32,000 nt of DNA from Wallemia ichthyophaga EXF-994 (lineage: Eukaryota > Fungi > Basidiomycota). The position numbers were made by a program, and so were the translations under genes. Position 1 is the stretch's first letter; each line of letters opens with the position of its first letter. The notes beneath the pieces are model-generated. The model did not search any database. It was not told the DNA's origin and saw only the letters and a program-made list of their open reading frames with translations. Shown piece after piece: positions 11,818 through 22,185 of this stretch. The DNA lies in the NCBI RefSeq assembly GCF_000400465.1, contig NW_008806274.1, positions 150,244-182,243 of the forward strand, given 5' to 3'.

Positions 11818-12438
11818 TTACAAGTACAAATTAGATTTTTTGTTATTCAGCAAACCAATTGCACATGGCTCGAAATTTGCAGCAGGAGACCAATTTGAGT
11901 GGTTTGAAGGGGAGCTGTTGAGGATGGCGTGTATATCATTCAATCTCGATTCCATGGACGTGAGTGATGTTAAGGGAGTGCTACTGTCTTCTAGAGTGGA
12001 TAATACGACATCCCAGTACTTAAATTTCAACCAATCAATTGCTTCATTTGTGGAGTGTACGAGCACCTTTAGAGAAGGGAGATTCTCATGAGTAGAAGAA
12101 TGCCTCAATTGCACGAATTTCAAAGGCAAATCAATCTGCTTAGCGAGGTGGTATATAGACCTGGCGAAAGAGAATTGCTGTAATGGGTCAACGAGACCAT
12201 TAACAAATCTAATAAGGGACATGCTACATATAAGCTGTTTCTGATTTACGCTGATATCCCCTCTCGCCGAAATATCCAAGCATTCTAATAAAGAAAGCGT
12301 GGATTCAATTGAGTGTGGGCAATTACCCCTATTAATCCAAAGCCTGAGAGTGTTTAAGCTGTTTCTATAATCACCACCAAACAACCCATGATAAGTTTCT
12401 AGAAATTCATTTTTATTACACCACGGTGTCGTCCTCAT
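11818..12438 (-). CDS. LAS1: Las1 pre-rRNA ITS2 endoribonuclease (HEPN), short form
   Basis: MRTTPW start, WINRGNCPHSIEST, SMSLIRFVNGLVDPLQ, HEPN motif LRHSSTHENLPSL, and terminal NWSPAANFEPCAIG resembling the Las1 C-terminal tail. Confidence 0.88.
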   Translation of the reverse strand: MRTTPWCNKNEFLETYHGLFGGDYRNSLNTLRLWINRGNCPHSIESTLSLLECLDISARGDISVNQKQLICSMSLIRFVNGLVDPLQQFSFARSIYHLAKQIDLPLKFVQLRHSSTHENLPSLKVLVHSTNEAIDWLKFKYWDVVLSTLEDSSTPLTSLTSMESRLNDIHAILNSSPSNHSNWSPAANFEPCAIGLLNNKKSNLYL

Positions 12439-12485
12439 TAGATCTCACGGGGATTATTATTAAGCCTCTTTCCACCACAACCATC

Positions 12486-14314
12486 ATGGCAGAATCCACC
12501 AAATCAAATAAATCTAAAATGCTTGCACAGAAGCAATCATCCCCTTCTGAGCTCGTCCCTTCAGATATTCTCCTCGACAGATTCAACGCTTGGAAGACTA
12601 TCACCAAGAATCTCATCGCTTACTTTGAAGGTGTCGCCGACATTGAATCTAACACGGCGAGAGAGTTGACTAAGCTCGGTGGCGTTATCCAAGTCCCTTT
12701 CAAAGAGGGTTCTCAATTTATGGGCCACGGCGGTCTCCAGGATGTCTTCTTCGAGGTCCGCGATAGATCAAGATCCATCGCTGACCACCACGCAAACCTC
12801 GCTAAGACTATCGATGGCTCTATCGTACAGCACCTACACAAGCTCCATGCCGAAGTCAAGGCTCACATTCGCAACATTGCCAATGACACCTCCAAGTGGG
12901 TTAATTGCTCCCGTGATTATTACATCACTGACAAATTTTCAGATTAGCCACTTCCGTTGCTAGAGAGAGAGAGTACTCTATGCGCACCGTCTCTGACCTC
13001 CAAAAGGCAATCACCACCACTAAGAACACCCCAACCTCGATTGCCGCAAGAGATGATCCTTACTTGATGAACTCTTTGGTCGCTAAGCAGCTCCAGAAGC
13101 AGGTTCAAGAGGAGAATGCTTTGCAAAAGTCCATCGTCATTATGCAGCAAAATTCAGCTCAATTCGAAGAGGGTATAACCTCTTCTCTCCAGTCTGCCTG
13201 GTCCACCTTTGACGAGTGGCAGTCTAGGATGTCATACGAAGTCCAAGACACCTGGAAGGGTATGGGTCAAATGTTCGCTTCCTTGGAACCAGACGCTGAG
13301 TGGTTGGCTTTCGCTGACAGGACCGACCACCTTATGGACCCAGAGACTCCTCTCCGTCAACAAGAGCTCATCGACTATCCAGGCAGAGACGATCCATCCG
13401 TCTTGCCAGTACACGTTGGCTGGCTCGAGCGCAAGAAGAGATTCACAAAGTCTTACAGAGAGGGCTTCTATGTCCTCACACCTGCTGGCTACTTACACGA
13501 GTTCACCTCTCCTGATCCAAAGAGCCAGAGCGTCCCATCACTCTCACTTTTCCTGCCAAACTGCACCTTAGGTCCACCATCACACTCTTCCACCTCCAAA
13601 TCGCACAAGTTCCACTTGGAGGCCAACAAGTCTGGCAAATTCTCGAGAGACCATTCGTACACATTCAGAGCGAGATCGCACGAATCTATGTCCGAATGGT
13701 GGAACGATCTCAGAATGCTCGTATCGAGATACCTGGTCGCGTCTGAGACTATGGATAGATCAGGTCCAATTGCTGCCGCCGTCCGCAGCGCCGGCTACAT
13801 CTCCGAGTCAGAAGAAGAGGGCGGCTCAAGTCTCGAGGAAGAAGAGGAGACGTTCAGCGAGACGTACGAAAACCAGCCAACAGAGGCTGAGCAAAGCCAT
13901 CTCCAGCACGCCAAAGAGGACGAGGAGGTAGCCAGAGCGCACGTCGACGAGGCCGAGACAGACTCGGAATCTGAGCTCGAAGAGGAGGATGAGGAGGAGG
14001 CCGCGCCGGCTTATACCTCCCCTAGAGCCTCGTCCGGCATCCAGGTCGGCAAGGATGGCATCGTCGAGAAGCCCACTGTGAAGGTCGGCAGGAAGTCCTC
14101 CAAACGCTCTTCCAAGACGCAGCAACCGGAAAAGCTCCTCACGGGCGAGAGCCTCGACAAGGAGGAGCACGACGACAGTCAGAGCCCTGGTCTCCTCGGT
14201 AAATTCAAGGAGGTATTTATCAAGTCGACCGAAAATCCCGCCGAAAATGCACCAGCTGATGAGAAGACAGCCGCAAACACCGCTCAGGCCCAAAGCACCG
14301 CTGCTGCTGCGTAG
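12486..14314 (+). CDS. Slm1-like BAR-PH domain protein with acidic C-terminal tail
   Basis: ATG 12486; intron 12896-12942 restores frame (DTSK|LATSVARERE). DRFNAWKTITKNLIAYFEGVA; PH domain GWLERKKRFTKSYREGFYVLTPAGYLHEF...LSLFLPNCTLG. Confidence 0.8.
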
Positions 14315-15127
14315 AATGGGAGGATCAAAGCGCTAAAGTGGGATACTTTGCTTCGTGTGGCGTTTTCTTTAGCGTGCTATCATGCCACTGCTAATTCTAT
14401 CTACTATCTACTCTTAATTCTAATACATTCATGACTAACGCTCTCTTGGATCTCTTTATCTTAACTTATAATTATACTGTTATGATTTTTTTTTGAGGAA
14501 TGTGTGTGGTATGCAGTGTGTGCAACGCGGTGTATACACTCATGTGTATGTAATTTATGGCTAATAAGGTCACAAAACACCCGGAAATCATACAAAACAC
14601 AAGTCACGCTGACAAACATTACAGAGCTGATAATGCTTTCTTCAATATTCGTGTTGATTTCGGCTAATTAGTTAATATCGAGGTGGCATTTGTTATCTCC
14701 ATGGACTGTCCTAATCCACGCCTGGTCAAGTGATAGGGCTGTCAAGATTTTCCATCCAGGCAGCAGTCTTGCATGGAGGTACCACTGTGAGCTTTCACTG
14801 TACGTGATGCACCACAGGCCATTGCTGCTCATGCTAACAAGTCAATGGATAGTATCGAAAAGGGTGGTTGGACTATCAGGGCCGGTGAAAGGGCAAACGA
14901 GTATAATCGAAATATCGTTTTCACTTCATATGCATTTAGACATAGATTGCTTTGGTGTGTGTGTGACTACATGCAACACTCGATATTCAATGAGCTAAAA
15001 GCGGTCATCTCGTACACTTTGTGCGTAAAAGTCTGCCCTTTGACACATTAATGCGTCTCAAAAAGATTAGACAAATCGAATCTACGCCATAGCCCTAGGT
15101 CTCGAAACAAAGAGGGGCAAAAATGTT

Positions 15128-15221
15128 CGTCAGGAGCAGGACTCGAACCTACGCACCAGATGGTACTTGATAACGTCTGAGACATTCAAGTCAAGCGCCT
15201 TAACCACTCGGCCATCCTGAC
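15128..15221 (-). tRNA. tRNA-Ser(TGA) with ~13-nt intron
   Basis: Reverse complement: acceptor stem GTCAGGA/TCCTGAC, anticodon stem CTTGA/TCAAG, loop CT-TGA-A, long variable arm, T loop GGTTCGAGTCC, G73 discriminator, downstream TTTTT terminator. Confidence 0.9.
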
Positions 15222-15673
15222 TATAGGTGCCTACCCTACCTGCGTAACTAATACATCGAGCAAAATGCAGGAACGGGTAACATGACATCATGGTCGCTAT
15301 GAGAACAATGAGAATAAAGAATAATGAAGATTATGCATGATTATGCACGAGGACAATGAAGATAACGAAACAATGGGAATAAACCCTAAAATTCTAAACT
15401 GTTTAAACGACTACTTTTTCTTTTGATACATCTCAGACTTAATTCTTTTATTAATCTCAGCGCCTTGCCCTTTTTGTAGAGTTTCACCTCACAAAGATCA
15501 AGACGTTTACACTGACATCTGCAAGTTGAAACTTCTGCCTTACTTTAATCCGCAGCGCAGAAGATCTGATCTGGCAAAGCGGGTGCGCGGCTGCGCAGTG
15601 GGAATTGCGTGTGCACGAGTGTAAAAGGCCTAGTACTCCCCCCACGGTTGAGCGTTTGCTCCGGGAGCGGCTT

Positions 15674-16140
15674 TGATTAAGCTTCCCCGTGGTACGCAAA
15701 GTGTGGCCACACAGATCCGCTCAGGCCATTTCCCTACTGCCAAGTCTTAACGATTCCAATTAAAACTGTCCGACTCACCACTTTGCAGCAAGTGCAATGA
15801 AGTAGACAGTATACCACGCAGGATTTTCAGATGTAGGAAGTTCGATCAAGCAAGATTATCGTTGAGGAGGAGGATATATGGATTGGGTTTAAGGTTCGAG
15901 ATGAAATATATGCTTTCAAACGAAGAAGCTCTCAAAGCTCTCTACGAGTTCTTCAAAAACCAGCTCAGCACCCAACCGCGCACCTCCGTTAGCTCCACGT
16001 AGTTACCTCCCAATTGCGGCACACGTGCCAAGAATTGCATTCCTCTGAGTCACTACAATCATCAGCTTTCGATACACAAGAAGTATAGATAGGCGAAGAT
16101 TATTAATCGTTGTAACGCTTTTGACTATATATTATTATTT
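15674..16140 (+). mobile_element. Degenerate 3' end of a non-LTR retrotransposon (LINE ORF2 C-terminal zinc-knuckle region)
   Basis: Frame from 15676: IKLPRGTQSVATQIRSGHFPTAKS*RFQLKLSDSPLCSKCNEVDSIPRRIFRC...KYMLSNEEALKALYEFF. This resembles the fungal LINE consensus LPR..S.LTQLRTGH..DSPLC..C...H....C. The ATT repeat at 16131-16139 is a possible tail. Confidence 0.75.
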
Positions 16141-16742
16141 CTACCTATCATCTCCAGATCGAGAATGTCATGTTTAATGACTAGTGCGTCGTAGGACCTT
16201 GATAAATGCAAAGTCGGAGATTCTTGAATGTCATTCTGCAGCGATTGTTTTTGCGATGAATTTATTGCGAATAGCGTAGTGATGTGCACTGTACTAGTCC
16301 AATTGTGACATGCTGCAAAGAGTGTGATTTGGTTGTTAGTTTTCTACATATCTAATGTCCGACTTTTCCAATTTAAATGCAGTCTTAAACGCCTTTTCTT
16401 GCTTTTTTCCTGGAGCTGACATTGAGTCGTGTGGACCACACGCGTCTGAAAGCGCAAAACGCGTCTGATAAGCTGAGTACTTGAGTTATTTGGGTGTTTG
16501 TGATGTAAATCAGCCTGCAGAAATAAGGTGCATCGAATGGGTAAAGATTCAAGGTGAAGCTGCCATTTCTGTGATGCAAAGCCAATACACAGAAAGGGTG
16601 ATAGTGAGGCAGTATGCTTTTTACTGATTTACCAATTTACTTCTGATAAATCCAGCTGAGGTGAATTTCAAGGTGTTCTCTTGCACGCGGTGGTCAGATG
16701 TCAAGGCATCTCTTGCCCTCTCACCACCATCAAGATATCAAA

Positions 16743-17071
16743 ATGAGCACACTCAAACCAGCTGCCCCGCTATCCACAAGGAATAGCTCACCGGTGAAGA
16801 AGGGCGACGATGGTGATATCAGCAGCCCGCACGAGTTGACCGCGTTTGTGAGTTGAATGCAGCAACGCTTTCGAATCTCACGGGAATCAAGGTAGAGGAT
16901 GTGCTCAACAAGCTCGATACGAAGTTCGACACTATGTCCGGAGTTGTGTTAGAGAAGATGGATGAAATGGCGGATCGCGTTGATAGCCTCGAGAATAGTA
17001 TTCAGGGCCTGGTCAATTCAGCTGGAACGCTATCGCCCAGGCCTTCTTCTCCTCGGTCTCCAAGGATTTGA
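16743..17071 (+). CDS. HSBP1: Heat shock factor-binding protein 1 family (copy 1)
   Basis: ATG 16743, intron 16848-16891, giving ISSPHELTAF|VEDVLNKLDTKFDTMSGVVLEKMDEMADRVDSLENSIQ, a typical HSBP1 coiled coil. Confidence 0.85.
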
Positions 17072-17099
17072 TAGGATAAGTCTGAAGCAATGACGAGGA

Positions 17100-18054
17100 T
17101 GCAGAATATACCTTACACCTCTTGACTTGGAAATACCAGCTTAAATGTAAACAAATGATCCGACTTTTTGATATACATGATTCCAATTCAGAAATGCATT
17201 GATTGGGAATATACACACTAGGTTTAGAGCTTCTCTTGACGAACCAAGCGCTATCAACCACTCTGTAAAACTTGTAGCGCTCATCTTGAGTCGAGTTTGA
17301 AGGAATAGGCGCAATTGCTAGATATGGCTCGACTTGTAGCATTCCAGATTTGAGACAAGGCAAATTATTCTTCAGATGACTTTCGATTGCACCGATAAAG
17401 CGATAAGTACAAAGTCCTATAGAGGTGACAATCTCAAAGTGTGTAATATTCTAAGCATGATTGCAACTCCATATGTAAGGAAAGGGAGCGCGCAATCGTA
17501 GCTTTCTATTATGTTATCACTCAACATTTTGAGCTCTTTGATTCGACTGGCTCGCTGAACAAGTGCCAAGATCTGGGTATGTGGCTCTTTGTAATCAGAG
17601 ATTGGACCAAATCCAACTTGAAAGGTTTGGATGGGTGGTATGGCCTTGACTATATCAAAATAGCTGAAAGGAGCGTTGAGCGTAGCAGCTGGCCCATTAA
17701 TCTTGAGCTCTCTTAATTGGCCTAGAAAGAGTTTGAATCTAATTGTGCCCAATTTACGTTAAAAAATTGGCTTTTTGCTTTGTCTTTGATAAGATGGTCG
17801 AGATCCCGAATAAGCTGGTCTGAACGCGTGCCGTGGTGTGCTTTATCAATATCTCAAAAGATTTGGAATTTGCGCATGCCATGGCGTATTTCTGTCCTTC
17901 TTTTGATTTGTGGATGATAAGACTGATGAATAGTAAGAGACCAGAATAGATATGGGTATGCGAGGTTATGCAGATGTTTGCATAGCTTTGAAAAGCCAAC
18001 ATTCACTTTGAGTAACTGGATTAGGATATCATCCGGTAAATCGAAGAGATTCAC
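17100..18054 (-). pseudogene. Possible decayed F-box-like gene (copy 1)
   Basis: N-terminal LFDLPDDILIQLL...LCKHLHNLAYPYLFWSLTI is F-box-like. In-frame TGA near 17854, then apparent frameshifts into the 17417-17752 and 17013-17363 ORFs with no convincing introns. Confidence 0.45.
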
Positions 18055-18165
18055 TGTGTTGGTTCAGATATGAGGCGAAGTGGGGTAAGAATAGACTATA
18101 TCATACTTTATATAATACTTTGCGGCTAACTACAATAAAAATAGGGTATATTCTCGACCAAATCG

Positions 18166-19904
18166 TTAAAACGAAACAACAACACCGACAATCGCAGCGA
18201 TGAGACACCCTATACAGAGGGGCACGCTGACGAGTGCAGCGATACGGCATCGAAGAACCCACCTGTCCGGATAATCACGTGTGAGAGGTGGGAGTAAGCT
18301 GAGGTCCGGATCGCTTGAAACGAATTTACGCGGTTTGACACCTTGTTTGAAGAGATGGTTGGCCGAAGTTGGATTGTTAGAAGAATCCTGGTTGCCCCAG
18401 CTGGTAGCTATAGAGGATTGCGATGGGTGTGCATCCATAGCAGCGCCGCTGTCACTTCTTGCGAAACTAGCACTGCCGCTCGAGCTATTTCTCTTGTGTG
18501 TTGGTTTTTCTGACAGCGCAGTTTTCTCCTTATCGTTGTTCTGTTTCTCGGTCTCACGGATTTTGAATGCCAAGTTGATTTCATTCCATTCACTCGCCCA
18601 GTCCCTCCGCCTATCATCTGCTTTGACTCTCTGCACAGCTGCGCCGTCACGCGAATCCAGCGTCCACCCACCAATCAGCCACACCGCGGGCCCGAAGAGG
18701 AAGCCCAAGAAAAAGCAGTTAGACGCCGCACTCGAGTTCTCAGCATCGAATATGCGTGCCAAAAAAGACTTGCTCTCCAGTCCTATATCCGGAACATCCT
18801 TTACGCTCTTAATTGCGTCTGACGGCAGTGAAGCTAGTGCTCTGGCCACCGACTGCGATGATGATGCTTGTGTGTTTTCTATGTCGTGCAAATCCGAGTC
18901 GTAGACATGGATAGAAATGTGACTATCAGAGTCCGAGCTGTTTTCTGTGGTATCTGGGATGTTTGCTGATGCAGATGGCGATAAAATGTCTAAAATAATT
19001 GTCAGGTACGCAAGGTATCGGACAAACTTCACCCACTGCTTTTTCGCATCTTTTCCCAGAATGAGGGCAGTCTTTGGCGCGAATTGGTGGTATCTTGACG
19101 GTCTTCGAAACTGCTGTCGTCGAATGCCGACTTGGGTTCGCCTTCTTCTTTGAATTTGACATTGTTCGCGAGCCTAGATGCATCGTTACTGTTGTTACGA
19201 GAGCTTGCTGGTGTTGGCGACCTAGGGCCATCAATTCCAGCCTCTTCTTCCTCCTCCTCCTCCTCATCATCACCTTGCTCTTCTTCAGGAACCTCTTCAA
19301 TCCGTGAGTCGTTGTTCATAAGCTCTGTTGTGCGAGCATTCTTGAGAGTTTTAGGAGTGCGATGAGTGTTTCCAGGACTCATTGGGTGCAAGACCGGGGT
19401 TGAGGTTGTTCTAAACTTGGGAGGTGTCGGTGGGGGTATGTAGTACAAACGCTCGACCGAAGGAGACGTTTGGGTGAGCTTTGGCGGTACTGCGAGGGGC
19501 GGGGATGCGTATACTGGCTCTGGAGTTGGTGGTGGAGCGTTGTTCTTGCTATTCTCCTTGTCATTTTCAGCGCGTCGCTCCTCCTCATCGCCAATTACGA
19601 TAAGGTCCGCGAGCTTGGTCTCATTATGAGTCTTTACATCACCCTTATCCTTCTCCAATCTTAAAGACGCGCTTATCGAGGGTGGTGTGTTAGTTAGCGA
19701 GGGCGGTGTGGATGGATGTACGCCGCTGCTGACATCAAAAAGAGAACTCGCGCTATCAGAGTCAAATAGAGATTCTCTTGGTGATTTGAGATCTTCTGAG
19801 TATAGCTGAGGATAGCGAGTGGTGTGAGCGGTGTGAGCAGTGTGTGTGGATGAGTTATTCAGCTGTAAAGGCGGTGGACGTTTTCTCTCTGAATCAAGTG
19901 ACAT
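18166..19904 (-). CDS. Uncharacterised Ser/Pro/Glu-rich protein with two C-terminal hydrophobic segments (copy 1)
   Basis: ATG 19904; intron 18990-19036 (GTGGGT..CTGAC..TAG) joins the 293-aa and 288-aa ORFs. Motifs FFLGFLFGPAVWLIGGW and WVLRCRIAALVSVPLCIGCLIAAIVGVVVSF. Confidence 0.75.
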
Positions 19905-20129
19905 GCTCAAACCAACGCTAAGCGTTCAACTCTACGCCCGCTATCGCATAATCCCCTTCAAAGCAGCAGATTCATACCAACCGGGATGAATCTGCGTACG
20001 CTTGCATTCCAAACTAAATCACACAGCAGCCATGATGTACTCGTGGCTGTCTCCAAAAATTAAATTTGTACCAAACCGGTTACTCTCCAAGCCTTCTTCT
20101 CTCAGTGCGTCCAACAAGTCCCTCCAGAA

Positions 20130-20639
20130 ATGTCGTCAAGCAATTCAGACAAAGAGGCGCACAGATCGAGCACCCATCCACGGATAGTCTGTGGCGCTGT
20201 GCCAATCGACTACGACTCCAAACAGATACTGCTCATTTCCTCAAGGAAACACCAGGGCAATTGGGTACTCCCAAAGGGCGGATATGAGCTATCTGATGTG
20301 CGCCTGGAAACGGCAGCGTCGAGAGAGGCTTATGAGGAGGGTTTGTCAAATGCACGTAGCCGTGACTATCTTTGATGTAGATTACAGCCGGCGTGATTGG
20401 TCAAGTGAGGAATTTGATTCTATCAATCGACGACAAGCGGCCGATAAAAACGCTGTCTGATAGTGATCCTTTTATACCCAGAGCGCGTTACCACTTCTTC
20501 GAGTAGGTGGCTGCGTTGAAGTGGCGCTATTCGCATGCTCACCCAAATTAGAATATCAGTTGAAGATCTAAACAACACGTGGCCGGAATCTGGGGCCTCG
20601 TTCCCGTTGCGCCACGAAGGAGCGGAGAGGGTCTTCTGA
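20130..20639 (+). pseudogene. DDP1: 3'-truncated/chimeric Ddp1-like Nudix hydrolase (copy 1)
   Basis: Exons 1-3 are intact (introns 20341-20387, 20503-20551). After WPES the frame runs into junction DNA (GASFPLRHEGAERVF*) and lacks the last exon. Confidence 0.75.
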
Positions 20640-21226
20640 TCTCTATTGGCTTCACTCTCAAGCCGGCTCTCTTGAGAGTAGATGCACGTAGTTTACCAGG
20701 ACCAAAGTCGAAAGATGCAGAGAGAGAGCAATAGGTAGGATGACTTCCACACAGGCGGCCAGGATGCTGATTAAGCTTCCCCGTGGTACGCAAAGTGTGG
20801 CCACACAGATCCGCTCAGGCCATTTCCCTACTGCCAAGTCTTAACGATTCCAATTAAAACTGTCCGACTCACCACTTTGCAGCAAGTGCAATGAAGTAGA
20901 CAGTATACCACGCAGGATTTTCAGATGTAGGAAGTTCGATCAAGCAAGATTATCGTTGAGGAGGAGGATATATGGATTGGGTTTAAGGTTCGAGATGAAA
21001 TATATGCTTTCAAATGAAGAAGCTCTCAAAGCCCCTCTACGACTTCTTCAAAAACCAGCTCAGCACCCACCCGCGCGCCTCCGGTAGCTCCACGTATTTA
21101 CGCGGCACACGTGCCAAGAATTGCATTCCTCTGAGTCACTACAATCATCAGCTTTCGATACACAAGAAGTATAGATAGGCGAAGATTATTAATCGTTGTA
21201 ACGCTTTTGACTATATATTATTATTT
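20593..21226 (+). mobile_element. Second copy of LINE 3' remnant, with 175 bp of additional putative upstream LINE sequence
   Basis: Junction sequence reads in frame into the remnant: FTRTKVERCRERAIGRMTSTQAARMLIKLPRG. The remainder matches copy 1 except for a cluster at 21015-21101. Confidence 0.65.
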
Positions 21227-21828
21227 CTACCTATCATCTCCAGATCGAGAATGTCATGTTTAATGACTAGTGCGTCGTAGGACCTTGATAAATGCAAAGT
21301 CGGAGATTCTTGAATGTCATTCTGCAGCGATTGTTTTTGCGATGAATTTATTGCGAATAGCGTAGTGATGTGCACTGTACTAGTCCAATTGTGACATGCT
21401 GCAAAGAGTGTGATTTGGTTGTTAGTTTTCTACATATCTAATGTCCGACTTTTCCAATTTAAATGCAGTCTTAAACGCCTTTTCTTGCTTTTTTCCTGGA
21501 GCTGACATTGAGTCGTGTGGACCACACGCGTCTGAAAGCGCAAAACGCGTCTGATAAGCTGAGTACTTGAGTTATTTGGGTGTTTGTGATGTAAATCAGC
21601 CTGCAGAAATAAGGTGCATCGAATGGGTAAAGATTCAAGGTGAAGCTGCCATTTCTGTGATGCAAAGCCAATACACAGAAAGGGTGATAGTGAGGCAGTA
21701 TGCTTTTTACTGATTTACCAATTTACTTCTGATAAATCCAGCTGAGGTGAATTTCAAGGTGTTCTCTTGCACGCGGTGGTCAGATGTCAAGGCATCTCTT
21801 GCCCTCTCACCACCATCAAGATATCAAA

Positions 21829-22157
21829 ATGAGCACACTCAAACCAGCTGCCCCGCTATCCACAAGGAATAGCTCACCGGTGAAGAAGGGCGACGATGGT
21901 GATATCAGCAGCCCGCACGAGTTGACCGCGTTTGTGAGTTGAATGCAGCAACGCTTTCGAATCTCACGGGAATCAAGGTAGAGGATGTGCTCAACAAGCT
22001 CGATACGAAGTTCGACACTATGTCCGGAGTTGTGTTAGAGAAGATGGATGAAATGGCGGATCGCGTTGATAGCCTCGAGAATAGTATTCAGGGCCTGGTC
22101 AATTCAGCTGGAACGCTATCGCCCAGGCCTTCTTCTCCTCGGTCTCCAAGGATTTGA
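21829..22157 (+). CDS. HSBP1: Heat shock factor-binding protein 1 family (copy 2)
   Basis: Identical to copy 1 at offset 5086. Confidence 0.85.
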
Positions 22158-22185
22158 TAGGATAAGTCTGAAGCAATGACGAGGA

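Larger units (their letters stand above)
15674..20592. repeat. Tandem segmental duplication, copy 1 (~4.9 kb)
   Basis: Matches 20768-25678. Offset is 5094 at the start and 5086 after the indels near 15940-16015; every listed ORF recurs identically. Confidence 0.97.

Noticed and set aside
14400-15110. Short ORFs (14690-14998, 14845-15051) before tRNA-Ser
   Set aside because: No recognisable domain or splice structure; treated as intergenic.
15290-15390. Loose AATGA(A/G)A / TTATGCA quasi-repeats and one AAACCCTAAA unit
   Set aside because: Irregular low-complexity sequence; not a CRISPR-like or telomeric array.
15480-15673. GC-richer stretch upstream of LINE copy 1, possibly more LINE sequence
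   Set aside because: Stops in the relevant frame and no recognisable motif; needs BLAST.
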